Below are positions 7,935 to 17,512 of a stretch of DNA of 24,999 nucleotides, one piece after another. The stretch is from a virus (Duplodnaviria; Caudoviricetes), in the IMG/VR virus record IMGVR_UViG_3300025099_000129, positions 1-24,999 of that record. The stretch is one strand, 5' to 3'. Below the pieces are notes generated by a model that was given only the letters and a program-made list of their open reading frames with translations, was not told the origin of the DNA and searched no databases. Position 1 is the stretch's first letter; the number at the start of each line of letters is the position of its first letter. The position numbers were made by a program, and so were the translations under genes.

Positions 7935-9048
7935 TGACGATCAAAGAAAACACGATAATATAATTGTTTGGGCAGCATTGATGTTTTGCATAACATTAGT
8001 TGCAGGTTTTTCTATACAAGCAAATGCTCAGTCTAGTCAGCAATCAGGTACAGCTTGTGTTAATGGCACACAGTATTGTGAAAATAATAGTCTTGATACA
8101 GTCAATACTACAACTACAACAAATACTAATACAAATACAAATACTAACACTAATACATCAACCGCAACGAATACAAACACAAATTCAAATACGAATGTAA
8201 ATACAAATACGACTACAAGCACAGCCACAAATACGAACAACAATACAAATGTTAATACGAATAATAATGTAAATGTAAATACTTCTACGGCTACATCTAC
8301 ATCTAATAACACGAATACAAATGTAAATACTTCTACATCAACATCAACTGTAAATTCTACAGTAAATCAAAATGTAAATAATACAAATAATTCTACTTCT
8401 AATAATACAAATACAAATACAAATATTAATAAATCTGAATCAGAATCTAATGTTACTACGAATAATGTTAATCAAAATAATAACAATACAACATCAGACA
8501 ATACAAATAGAAATATTAACGAATCAAAATCAGAACAAACTATTAATCAAAATATAAAATCAGAAGCACCACCTGCATCTGCTATTGCTCCATCTATAAT
8601 GTCTTATTCACAAGACTTATGTACTACTGGTGTATCAGGTGCTTTTCAAGGACAAGTATTTGGTTTATCAGGTGGTAAAACTATTGTTGATCAAAATTGT
8701 GAAAGGTTAAAACTATCTAAATATCTTTATGATATGGGCATGAAAGTCGCATCAGTTGCTTTGTTGTGCCAAGATAAAAGAGTATTTTTAGCTATGGAAA
8801 TGGCAGGAACGCCTTGTCCATATCAAGGCAAGATTGGAAAAGAAGCATCAGCAGAATGGGATAAAAATAAATCAAAAAGACCTGATGCAAAAAATCAAGA
8901 AAAAGAATTTATTAAACAATGTACAAAAGAAGCTAATCCTAAGAGAGCAAGCATTAATAAAGATGTTGTTGGGTTGGTTAAAAAAACATATACAAGAAAA
9001 ACTAAAACTGATAAACAATGCAAAAAAGAATTTTATGCTACACAATAA
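7918..9048 (+). CDS. Exported protein: signal/TM segment, Asn/Thr-rich linker, Cys-rich C-terminal domain
   Basis: Hydrophobic stretch ending ANA|Q, then ~150 aa of N/T low complexity, then DLCTTG...NCERLKLSK...LLCQDKRV...GTPCPY. Alternative start at 7927. Confidence 0.75.
   Translation: MWSMNDDDQRKHDNIIVWAALMFCITLVAGFSIQANAQSSQQSGTACVNGTQYCENNSLDTVNTTTTTNTNTNTNTNTNTSTATNTNTNSNTNVNTNTTTSTATNTNNNTNVNTNNNVNVNTSTATSTSNNTNTNVNTSTSTSTVNSTVNQNVNNTNNSTSNNTNTNTNINKSESESNVTTNNVNQNNNNTTSDNTNRNINESKSEQTINQNIKSEAPPASAIAPSIMSYSQDLCTTGVSGAFQGQVFGLSGGKTIVDQNCERLKLSKYLYDMGMKVASVALLCQDKRVFLAMEMAGTPCPYQGKIGKEASAEWDKNKSKRPDAKNQEKEFIKQCTKEANPKRASINKDVVGLVKKTYTRKTKTDKQCKKEFYATQ
8101..8560 (+). repeat. Low-complexity coding repeat (AATACA/AATACT; Asn-Thr)
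   Basis: Degenerate 6-nt units encoding TNTNTN / NTNVNT. Confidence 0.85.
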
Positions 9049-11255
9049 TTAGTTTTTTATCTTTAAATGTATATGGTCAATATACATATGAAGCTAATCA
9101 ACCTTTATTTGATTTACATGATAATGCAAATAATTTTCAAGGGGAGTTAGCATATGAGGTAGTTGATGATGGAATTAGTCCTGCGATTGATCTTTCTTTT
9201 AATTTTACTTTTTATGGCACTACATTTAGCCAAGCAAGAATGGCAACGAATGGATGTCTCCATTTTGGTAATAGTGGTAGCTATTGTAATGACTATACTC
9301 CTGACCCTATTAATGGACAGCATACCTATACCATATATCCTTTTTGGACAGACTTAATAAGAGATAACAATTCACGCATGAAATCATGGGGTGATAGTTC
9401 AAAAATGATTTTTGGATGGTATCGTCTTAGGGAATACAATCGTAGTAATACAGATAATAGTTTTGAAGTAATACTTTGGAACAATAATTCATTTGATATT
9501 CGTTACAGAGAATTAAATATTATTAACCATGATGTTCTGATTGGTGAGATTGGTTCTAATAAAACCAATTCATATACCTACTATTACCATGATGAATGTA
9601 ATACTGGAACAACCAATTCATCTACTTGCGTAAATACTAATTGGAATAATACAGCTATTAATACAACACTTGAAAATGGTGGATCATTATATGGTTCAGG
9701 CGGTGGCAATGGAATAGATTGTAGCAATCCATTAAATGATAGCAGTTGTAGTGGTTATGCTGATGCTTTCTTAACACAACAATGTAATATCACTCAGCTT
9801 TATAGTCAGTCATGTCCTAATTATTGGGAAGCATATGATGATCAACAATGTGATGATGACCCACAGTATGCACCTTTTTGTGCAGGTTATAGGCAAGAAG
9901 AATCAGTAGCTTTTTTTGATGATAGTAATGTTGATTATGGTTTTGCAGATGAACAAGAACAATTTGCTACTGGTATATTCCAAGATGATTTTCATCATAA
10001 TGATTTTGAAGAACAATTTATAATAATAGAAACATTTGAAGAAGATGTTTTTATACCTTTTGATGATTTTAATACACAAGATGATTTTTTTATTGAACCA
10101 TTTGAAGATGAATTAATAATATTTTTTGATCCTGAACCACTACCATTTGAAGATTTTTTAAGACCTCATAATGATTTACCGCATGAAGAAGAATTATTAA
10201 TAGATGAGTTTGTATTTCAAGAAACATTTTTAGTAGAAGATTATTTAGAACCAAACACATTTATTGAGTTTAATTCTATAGAAGAACTTGATGAGTGGTT
10301 TGAAGAAGAAACCAACGAACATTTTGAAGAAAGTCTTGAGGAAAGACTAGCAGACTTAGATGAACCTGAAGAAGAATTTATAGAAGAAATATTTGAAGAA
10401 GAAGCAGTTGAAGAAGTCTTTGAAGAAATAGAAGAAATGCAGGTAGCAATGGAAGAAGAAAGGTTAGCTGAAAGAGAAGAAGAAAATAGAGAAGAATTAT
10501 TAGAAGAAGTAGAAAAAGAATTTGCAGCAGTAGAATCTGATAAACCTACAGGTAAAAATAAATTAATGGTTACAGCACTTAATGTAGTTAGAGCAGGAGT
10601 ACAAACAGCAGCTAATAGCTACTCACAAGTCTCTGGTGGCTCTCAAACAAATAATTCATCTAATAATACTTCTAGTAATAATGTAGCCACAGGAAGCACG
10701 ATAGCATCTAGCGGTGGTATTAGCACTTCTAGCAGTCCTAGTGCATCAGATCAATTTGCAAGTGCTACACAACAAAGCAATCAAGTATTGTCTATGTCTA
10801 ATGATAATGTTGGTGGTGCTACTATGTCTATTACACCATTGCCAACATTTGATAATTCAACATCTATAGCAATAGCAGATGTACAAGTTCAAAGTGTGCA
10901 AGGTGAAATAGATACTGCCATGTCAGGTGTAATGACATCATCAGAAGCAGATCAAATAGCTGATCAAATTATTGCTGCAAACATTGAAGCACAACAAGAA
11001 GAAATAGAACAACAACAACAAGAAACTGGCGAATATGCTGATGAGTCTAAATTAATTGCACTTATTGGTTATGTACCTAGTTTTAATAACTATACACAAG
11101 TAACAGTTCCCGATGCTCAAGATTGGTACAGTAGCTCTGATATATACACTTCTGCTACACTTGACGATAATACTGGTGCTTTTTATGGACTGGTAAATGA
11201 TAATTTAAAAGGATTAGATCAAATGATAAATAATCAACCTAATATGTGGAGATAA
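9018..11255 (+). CDS. Large exported protein: NIDO-like domain, Cys repeats, very acidic region
   Basis: Signal peptide MQKRILCYTIISFLSLNVYG. NIDO-like DDGISPAIDLSFNFTFYG...ATNGCLHF...IYPFWTDL. Three C-x8/9-C-x2-Y units. Long E/D/F-rich tract, then an S/N-rich linker and a C-terminal domain. Confidence 0.75.
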   Translation: MQKRILCYTIISFLSLNVYGQYTYEANQPLFDLHDNANNFQGELAYEVVDDGISPAIDLSFNFTFYGTTFSQARMATNGCLHFGNSGSYCNDYTPDPINGQHTYTIYPFWTDLIRDNNSRMKSWGDSSKMIFGWYRLREYNRSNTDNSFEVILWNNNSFDIRYRELNIINHDVLIGEIGSNKTNSYTYYYHDECNTGTTNSSTCVNTNWNNTAINTTLENGGSLYGSGGGNGIDCSNPLNDSSCSGYADAFLTQQCNITQLYSQSCPNYWEAYDDQQCDDDPQYAPFCAGYRQEESVAFFDDSNVDYGFADEQEQFATGIFQDDFHHNDFEEQFIIIETFEEDVFIPFDDFNTQDDFFIEPFEDELIIFFDPEPLPFEDFLRPHNDLPHEEELLIDEFVFQETFLVEDYLEPNTFIEFNSIEELDEWFEEETNEHFEESLEERLADLDEPEEEFIEEIFEEEAVEEVFEEIEEMQVAMEEERLAEREEENREELLEEVEKEFAAVESDKPTGKNKLMVTALNVVRAGVQTAANSYSQVSGGSQTNNSSNNTSSNNVATGSTIASSGGISTSSSPSASDQFASATQQSNQVLSMSNDNVGGATMSITPLPTFDNSTSIAIADVQVQSVQGEIDTAMSGVMTSSEADQIADQIIAANIEAQQEEIEQQQQETGEYADESKLIALIGYVPSFNNYTQVTVPDAQDWYSSSDIYTSATLDDNTGAFYGLVNDNLKGLDQMINNQPNMWR

Positions 11256-11257
11256 TA

Positions 11258-11605
11258 ATGGATTGGTTTGAAAATAAAACTACACAATTAATTGCACTTG
11301 TTGGCATAGTAGGAACTCTTGCTGGCTTTGGTTATCAAGGAGCAGAGTATGTTAATAGATTAGAAAATCTTGAATCTGCTGTTGGTGGTATATCGGATAC
11401 TGAAGATGCCCAAAAAATTATAGAAGAACGCTTTGCATCAATAGAAACATCTGTTCAGTTTTTAGAAAAAGAAATAGATAATATTCAAGTTCCTGATATT
11501 ACAGAAATAAAAACAGACATAGCTACTATTAAAGCTGATTTACAAAGTTTAGAAAAAGATTTAAGTAAATTAGAAGACAAAGATGATAATCCATTAAACG
11601 GCTAA
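11258..11605 (+). CDS. N-terminally anchored coiled-coil membrane protein (i-spanin-like architecture)
   Basis: Start reassigned to the ATG at 11258 (GGAG RBS upstream). TM LIALVGIVGTLAGFGY, then heptad repeats, ending DNPLNG. Confidence 0.65.
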   Translation: MDWFENKTTQLIALVGIVGTLAGFGYQGAEYVNRLENLESAVGGISDTEDAQKIIEERFASIETSVQFLEKEIDNIQVPDITEIKTDIATIKADLQSLEKDLSKLEDKDDNPLNG

Positions 11606-11772
11606 TGAAATATATATTAAGCACTATTATTATCACAAGCTGTTCAATGTCTATGAAAACAAAAGAATGGAATGATTCTTATGATCCTGCACAATGGCGT
11701 AGTCAATATGAACTTTGTAAAGATGTTTTAAACACAGAAGAATGGACAGAATGTATGGGAGATTTTAGTTAG
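11605..11772 (+). CDS. Small predicted lipoprotein, 55 aa, o-spanin-like candidate (not in ORF track)
   Basis: TAATG overlap. Reads MKYILSTIIITSCSMSMKTKEWNDSYDPAQWRSQYELCKDVLNTEEWTECMGDFS*, with a lipobox-like ITS|C and two further Cys. Confidence 0.65.
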   Translation: MKYILSTIIITSCSMSMKTKEWNDSYDPAQWRSQYELCKDVLNTEEWTECMGDFS

Positions 11773-11780
11773 GAGAACTT

Positions 11781-12260
11781 ATGCTAAAAGGAATGTTAAA
11801 AAATGTAGTTGGATCAATAGCACCAAGTTTAGGTTCTGCTGTTGGCGGACCACTAGGAGGCATGGCTACTAAAATTATTTGCGAAACATTAGGTTGTAAA
11901 GCAGATGCAAAATCTATTGAATCTGCTATTAATAATGCTAGTCCTGAACAACTATTACAGTTAAAACAAGCAGAAAAAGATTTTGAAATTCGCATGAAAG
12001 AATTAGATGTGGATGTATTTAAGTTAGAAGCTGAAGATAAAAAAGATGCTAGAGGTAAATTTAGCAAAGATTGGACAGCTAGAATTATGGGTATTGCTAC
12101 TGTAGGCGGATTTTTAGGATATATATTTTTAGTAACTTTACAACCACCAGAACAAAATAGTGAAGCACTAATAAATTTAGTTCTTGGATATTTAGGAGGA
12201 TTAGCAAGTGCGGTTATTTCATTCTATTTTGGAGCATCTAACTCAAACAAAGGGGACTAA
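11781..12260 (+). CDS. Putative holin-like membrane protein
   Basis: AGGAG RBS. Gly-rich hydrophobic N-terminus, coiled coil, and two C-terminal TM helices ending VISFYFGAS. Directly upstream of the endolysin. Confidence 0.6.
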   Translation: MLKGMLKNVVGSIAPSLGSAVGGPLGGMATKIICETLGCKADAKSIESAINNASPEQLLQLKQAEKDFEIRMKELDVDVFKLEAEDKKDARGKFSKDWTARIMGIATVGGFLGYIFLVTLQPPEQNSEALINLVLGYLGGLASAVISFYFGASNSNKGD

Positions 12261-12261
12261 A

Positions 12262-12705
12262 ATGCAAATATCAAATGAAGGTATATCATTAATTAAAAAA
12301 TTTGAAGGTTGTAAATTAGAAGCATATTACGATGCTGTTAATGTTTTAACTATTGCTTATGGCAGAACTAAAGGAGTTAAAGCTGGTGATACTTGTACAC
12401 AAGAACAAGCTGATGCTTGGCTTGAAGAAGAACTACATGAGTATAGTGGATATGTAAATGATGCAGTTAAAGTTGATTTAGAACAAAATCAATTTGATGC
12501 TTTGGTAGCATGGACATATAACTTAGGTCCTACTAATCTTAATAACAGTACAATGTTAAAAAAAATTAATGAAAAAGATTGGGATGAAACTCCTAATCAA
12601 ATAAAGCGTTGGAATAAAGCAGGTGGTAAAGTGTTAGAAGGTTTAGTAAGACGCAGAGAAGCTGAGGCACTTTTATTTCAAGGTAAAGACTGGACAGAGA
12701 TATAG
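12262..12705 (+). CDS. Endolysin, GH24 phage lysozyme
   Basis: Start reassigned to the ATG at 12262 (GGGG RBS). Catalytic E-x8-D-x5-T (FEGCKLEAYYDAVNVLT), plus QNQFDALV, YNLG and GLVRRREAE. Confidence 0.95.
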   Translation: MQISNEGISLIKKFEGCKLEAYYDAVNVLTIAYGRTKGVKAGDTCTQEQADAWLEEELHEYSGYVNDAVKVDLEQNQFDALVAWTYNLGPTNLNNSTMLKKINEKDWDETPNQIKRWNKAGGKVLEGLVRRREAEALLFQGKDWTEI

Positions 12706-12706
12706 T

Positions 12707-14575
12707 ATGCCTTTTGCTAAATTTAAATTTCAACCCGGAATTAATAAAGAAGGAACAAACTATTCTAATGAGGGTGGTTGGTTTGATGCAGACAAAATAA
12801 GATTTAGAAAAGGCAGACCTGAAAGAATAGGTGGTTGGCAAAAAAATTCTGGTAATTCTTTTATTGGAACAGCCAGAAAAATTCATGTCTATAAAGATGC
12901 AGATCAAATTCAATATAATTTAATTGGCACACATAAAAAACTTTATGTACAACAAGGTAATGTATTTAATGACATAACTCCAATACGATCTACAACAGGT
13001 TCAGGAGATGTAACTTTTTCAGCATCTAATGGAGATGCAACATTAACAGTTGCTGATACAGGACATGGTGCAGTACAAGGAGACTTTGTTACTTTTAGTG
13101 GTGCATCTAGTTTAGGCGGTAATATAATTGCTTCGGTGTTAAACCAAGAATATGAAATAGCAACAATAGTAAATGATAATTCTTATACTGTAGAAGCAAA
13201 AAATACTAGTGGTTCTACAGTAACTGCTAATTCTTCTGATACTGGTAATGGTGGTAGTTCTGTTGTTGGTGCATATCAAATAAATGTAGGATTAGATACT
13301 TATGTTTCTTCTACTGGATGGGGTGTGGGAACATGGAGTGCAAGCACTTGGGGATCAGCTACAGCACTTTCAAATACAAATCAATTAAGGTTATGGTCAT
13401 TAGATAATTTTGGTGATGATGGATTATGTTTAGCAAGAAATGGTGCTTTATATTATTGGGATGAATCATCAGGTGTTTCTACTAGAGCAGTAGCAGCAAG
13501 CAGTAGAGCAGGTGCAAGTGATACTCCAGTAGCAGCTTTACAAATTATGATGTCAGATGTAGATCGTCATGTTATAGCTTTTGGATGTAATGCTATAGGA
13601 TCATCAACTCTTGATCCATTGTTAGTTCGTTTTTCAGATGCAGAAAATGCAGTTGATTGGACACCCACAGCAACTAACTCAGCAGGTGGTGTGCAACTTT
13701 CTACAGGCTCTACAATTATAGGTGCTTTACAAACTAGACAAGAAATACTTATTTGGACAGATGCAGGTATTGTATCTATGCGTTTTGTTGGTGCTCCATT
13801 TATTTTTAGTTTTAATGAAGTAGCAACAGGCATGTCTTTAATATCTCCTAATGCTGTAGCAACAGGTGGTAATACAGTTTTCTTTATGGATAATGGTGCG
13901 TTTTATCAATACTCAGGTTCTGCACAAAGATTGCCCTGTACTGTATTAGATCATGTATTTAGTGATTTTAATTTAGATCAAGCATTTAAAGTATTTGCAG
14001 CACCAATACCACAACATAATGAAATTATATGGTTTTATCCTAGTGCTGATTCTGAAGAAGTAAACAGATATGTTACATATAATTATTTAGAAAAATCTTG
14101 GTCAATAGGAACAACCAATGATGGATTTACTAGAACAGCATGGAATCCAGCATACATATTAAATAACCCTATAGCTGCTGGTAAATTAGATACCACTGAT
14201 ATTAATTATTTATATAACCATGAAATAGGACATAGTGCTGATGGATTATCATTTACAGCATTTATAGAATCAGCAGATTTTGATTTAGACCCTGATGGTG
14301 AAAAGTTTATGTTTATATCTAAACTAATACCAGACCTTGAATACAGAGGATCAGATGATACAGGTAACACAGTTAATTTTGTAATTAAAGGCAGAAACTA
14401 TCCATTAGAAAGTTTATCTACATTACAAACAGTTGCTGTTACTCCTAACTCTACATTTACAAATACTAGAGCAAGAAGCAGACAAAGTGCTATTAGGATA
14501 GAAAATACAGCAGATAATTTTAGTTGGCGATTAGGTGATTTAAGATTAGAACTTAGACAGGATGGCAAAAGATAA
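12707..14575 (+). CDS. Tail nozzle / DNA-stabilisation protein (P22 gp10-like beta-propeller)
   Basis: 622 aa, beta-rich. N-terminal PGI...W.DADKIRFRKGRPERIGGW, C-terminal RARSRQSAIRIE...WRLG...DGKR. Inserted small beta domain (TVADTGHGAVQGDFVTFSG). Precedes the ejection genes. Confidence 0.75.
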   Translation: MPFAKFKFQPGINKEGTNYSNEGGWFDADKIRFRKGRPERIGGWQKNSGNSFIGTARKIHVYKDADQIQYNLIGTHKKLYVQQGNVFNDITPIRSTTGSGDVTFSASNGDATLTVADTGHGAVQGDFVTFSGASSLGGNIIASVLNQEYEIATIVNDNSYTVEAKNTSGSTVTANSSDTGNGGSSVVGAYQINVGLDTYVSSTGWGVGTWSASTWGSATALSNTNQLRLWSLDNFGDDGLCLARNGALYYWDESSGVSTRAVAASSRAGASDTPVAALQIMMSDVDRHVIAFGCNAIGSSTLDPLLVRFSDAENAVDWTPTATNSAGGVQLSTGSTIIGALQTRQEILIWTDAGIVSMRFVGAPFIFSFNEVATGMSLISPNAVATGGNTVFFMDNGAFYQYSGSAQRLPCTVLDHVFSDFNLDQAFKVFAAPIPQHNEIIWFYPSADSEEVNRYVTYNYLEKSWSIGTTNDGFTRTAWNPAYILNNPIAAGKLDTTDINYLYNHEIGHSADGLSFTAFIESADFDLDPDGEKFMFISKLIPDLEYRGSDDTGNTVNFVIKGRNYPLESLSTLQTVAVTPNSTFTNTRARSRQSAIRIENTADNFSWRLGDLRLELRQDGKR

Positions 14576-14778
14576 TGGCAGAAAAATCAAATATACCTTT
14601 ACCTATAGCTAGTTTAGAATATGACGAAAACAATGAAGCAATAACTAGAAGAACTATTGAACAAGCATTTCAAGATATTAATTCTGAAATAGGAACTTTA
14701 AAAACTATGCAACAATCAGTTGTTAGTAAAGCCATACGCAGACATCAATTTTTATTAATGGGTGTAAAACATGGCTGA
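14575..14778 (+). CDS. Small helical virion protein (tail needle/plug candidate)
   Basis: 67 aa, LP.A..EYD followed by a helix. Translationally coupled to the nozzle gene. Confidence 0.55.
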   Translation: MAEKSNIPLPIASLEYDENNEAITRRTIEQAFQDINSEIGTLKTMQQSVVSKAIRRHQFLLMGVKHG

Positions 14779-15109
14779 TAGTTTAAAAGTATTAGGACAA
14801 TTAGACCCAGCAGCTACTACAACTACTGTGCTCTATACAGTTCCTGATAAAACACAAACAACAATAAGTTCTATAGTTGCAGCTAATAGAACAGGTTCAG
14901 CAATAACATTTAGATTAAGTGTTCATGTAGCAGGTGCAGGAGCAGACGATAAACAATTTTTATTTTATGATAAATCTGTGGCAGCTAATGATTCATTTGC
15001 TATTGTTATTGGCATAACACTTAATCAAACAGATGTTTTAAAAGTTTACACAAGTGCAGTAGATATGAGTTTTAATGTATTTGGTTGTGAAACCTTAGAG
15101 GAAAGATAA
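14771..15109 (+). CDS. Small beta-sandwich virion protein
   Basis: 112 aa with TVLYTVP...SIVAAN...ITLNQTDVLKV, in a tail context. Confidence 0.6.
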   Translation: MADSLKVLGQLDPAATTTTVLYTVPDKTQTTISSIVAANRTGSAITFRLSVHVAGAGADDKQFLFYDKSVAANDSFAIVIGITLNQTDVLKVYTSAVDMSFNVFGCETLEER

Positions 15110-17512
15110 ATGAAAAATCTTAAAAATCAAGCAAATCAAGTAGCAAACGCTGGTCGTTTTGGCGATAGCATGTTAGTACACATGAACCCTATAGAAGTGC
15201 AGGGTTTAGCTAACACTATGCCAATGACTGTAAATCCACAAACAGGACAGCCTGAAATGTTTCTACCTTTTCTTGCACCCTTACTAGGTAGTGCAGCAGG
15301 TACTGCTTTGTTTTCAGGAATAATGAGTCCAGCAGTAGCAGGTGCTGTAGGTTCAGGATTAGCCACAGCTATAGCAGAAGGTGATCTTAAAAAAGGAATC
15401 ATGGCAGGTATTACAGGATTTGGTATTGGTAATGTTTTAGGTCAAGTAGGTGCAGGAACTAAAGGTGCAGTTGATCAAGCTACAACAGAATTTATAGAAG
15501 CAGCAGCAGAAGGAACAGGAGCAGCAGCAACTAATCCTGTAATAACTCAAGCATTAGCAGATCAAGCAGGTCAAACAGCAGCCGAAGGAACAATGGCAGC
15601 ATTTCGTTCAGGTTTACCAGCAGAAGGAGTTAAAGAAGCTATAGCATCTGGATTAACTACACCAGCAGATGTTTTAGCAAATACTCAAGGTATGTCTGGT
15701 GCTGGTAATAGACTATCAGCTATAGGTGAAAATTTATTTAGTGGAGATACTTTATCTGCTTTAGCACAACCAGCATCTTATGTTCCTATAGCTATAGGCG
15801 AAGGACAAAGAGGTGTTATGGAAGCACAAGAACAATTTGAAGAAGATATGCGTAAGTTTGAACAAGATGCAGAAGAAAGAAAAAGAAGACTATATGCTAT
15901 GAATCCAGAACAAATACCTTTTGGTAGTCCTTATTATGGAAAAGAAGGTGGAGTTGTTGCAATGCAAGAGGGTGGTGAAATTTTTGGTAATCCAAATGTA
16001 GCTCCTGTTTTTCCAACAGCACCAACTCAAGGTAATCCAATAACATTACCAAATCAAATGCCTTATGCACCAGCAGGAGTAACTATGCCAATGCCTATCG
16101 TTAATCCAAACCCTATGCCAATGCTACCAACAGATACTAGTTTTGAATCAGCTATAAGTGGTGCACAAGATTTTGCATACACACCACCACCACAATTTAG
16201 ACCTTCTAGTGATATAGCTCCAAGAGGTAGAGAAGTTGCAAGAGAAAATATGATAACAGGTGAGTATGAAAGAACAGGACAATTTAAACCGCCTTCATAT
16301 TACAGACCGGGCATTGATGCTGAGTTTAATTATTTTCCTTATAGTAATAGACCTGCATCATTTATTCCGCCTTATAGTTCTTTTCCCTCTGTTGGCGGTA
16401 AAGGCGGTACAAATATAGATATAAATTTAGGCGGTGGTGGAGAAACTTTTAATGAAATTATGGGTAGTATTAATCAACCAGATTTTGATATTAATGATTA
16501 TTTAATGACTAATCCTATAAATCCAGATATTGATGTAGCTCCATTTGTTCCAAACATACCTGATTTACCTACAAGTCCGATAGACTTTACACCTTATGTT
16601 CCTGAAATTCCTACAAGTCCAATAAATTTTGAACCTTATATACCTACAAATCCTATAGATTTTGCTCCTATGATGCCTACAAATCCTATAGATTTTGATC
16701 CTGTTATGCCTACAAATCCTATAGATTTTGATCCTTTTATACCAACAAATCCTATGGATTTTAATATACCTAACATGCCTATGATGCCAAGTGTTACTCC
16801 TTTTACACCTAGCAATATGAACCTTAATATAAGAGGTGGTGGTGGTGGTGGATCACCTGATCAAAAAACAAATTTAAATTTAGCAACTGATGATTTTTTA
16901 AGAGATATAGAAAATAATCAAAAAATAGCTAAAGCTAGTGGTAGAAAATTAGAAGATGTAACTAGAGGCATGGCTATACACGAAATGGAAGAAGGTAAAA
17001 CAATACCTGAAGATGCTAAAGGCTTACAAAAATTAGCTGAAGAAAAACCTAGTGTTGTTAGATCAATGGGTTATGAAGTAGATATGCAAGCAGGTGGTGC
17101 AACTGTAATGCCTGAAGATTTAGATATGGTGCAAAAAGCAATACTTGGTCAAATACCTAACAACACAGAAGTTATAGCTATGTTTATAGATAAATATGGT
17201 AATGAAATATTTATGCAAATTAGAGAACAAGTTTTAAATCCAATGGGTTCTATGCAAACACAAGGAATGATAGAAGGCATGGGTGGTGGTATGGATGATC
17301 AAGTTATGGGAATGATTGGCACACAACAACCTGTAGCTGTATCACCCGGAGAGTATATTATTCCTGCTGATGTAGTGTCAGGATTAGGTGATGGTTCATC
17401 TGATGCTGGAGCAAAAGAACTTGATGGTATGTTAGATAGAGTTAGACAAGAAAGAACTAATACAACTCAACAACCTAAAGAATTAAATAAAGGAAAAGTA
17501 TTACCGATATGA
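15110..17512 (+). CDS. Internal virion/ejection protein with Pro-rich repeats
   Basis: N-terminal GRFGDSMLVHMNP.E...NPQTGQPEMF, then G/A-rich hydrophobic helices and a Pro-rich centre. C-terminal G.GGGMDD...VSPGEYIIPADVV..LGDGSSDAGA module. Confidence 0.7.
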   Translation: MKNLKNQANQVANAGRFGDSMLVHMNPIEVQGLANTMPMTVNPQTGQPEMFLPFLAPLLGSAAGTALFSGIMSPAVAGAVGSGLATAIAEGDLKKGIMAGITGFGIGNVLGQVGAGTKGAVDQATTEFIEAAAEGTGAAATNPVITQALADQAGQTAAEGTMAAFRSGLPAEGVKEAIASGLTTPADVLANTQGMSGAGNRLSAIGENLFSGDTLSALAQPASYVPIAIGEGQRGVMEAQEQFEEDMRKFEQDAEERKRRLYAMNPEQIPFGSPYYGKEGGVVAMQEGGEIFGNPNVAPVFPTAPTQGNPITLPNQMPYAPAGVTMPMPIVNPNPMPMLPTDTSFESAISGAQDFAYTPPPQFRPSSDIAPRGREVARENMITGEYERTGQFKPPSYYRPGIDAEFNYFPYSNRPASFIPPYSSFPSVGGKGGTNIDINLGGGGETFNEIMGSINQPDFDINDYLMTNPINPDIDVAPFVPNIPDLPTSPIDFTPYVPEIPTSPINFEPYIPTNPIDFAPMMPTNPIDFDPVMPTNPIDFDPFIPTNPMDFNIPNMPMMPSVTPFTPSNMNLNIRGGGGGGSPDQKTNLNLATDDFLRDIENNQKIAKASGRKLEDVTRGMAIHEMEEGKTIPEDAKGLQKLAEEKPSVVRSMGYEVDMQAGGATVMPEDLDMVQKAILGQIPNNTEVIAMFIDKYGNEIFMQIREQVLNPMGSMQTQGMIEGMGGGMDDQVMGMIGTQQPVAVSPGEYIIPADVVSGLGDGSSDAGAKELDGMLDRVRQERTNTTQQPKELNKGKVLPI
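16568..16765 (+). repeat. 33-nt coding tandem repeat (PT(N/S)PIDFxPxx)
   Basis: Units start at 16610, 16643, 16676, 16709 and 16742 (core CCTACAAATCCTATAGATTTT), with a further copy at 16568. Confidence 0.9.

Noticed and set aside
8037-8312. Minus-strand ORF of V/F/L repeats resembling a membrane protein
   Set aside because: It is the antisense shadow of the Asn/Thr repeat in the + strand gene.
16568-16765. 33-nt repeats as a possible CRISPR array
   Set aside because: They are in-frame coding tandem units without unique spacers of CRISPR length, and no cas genes are present.
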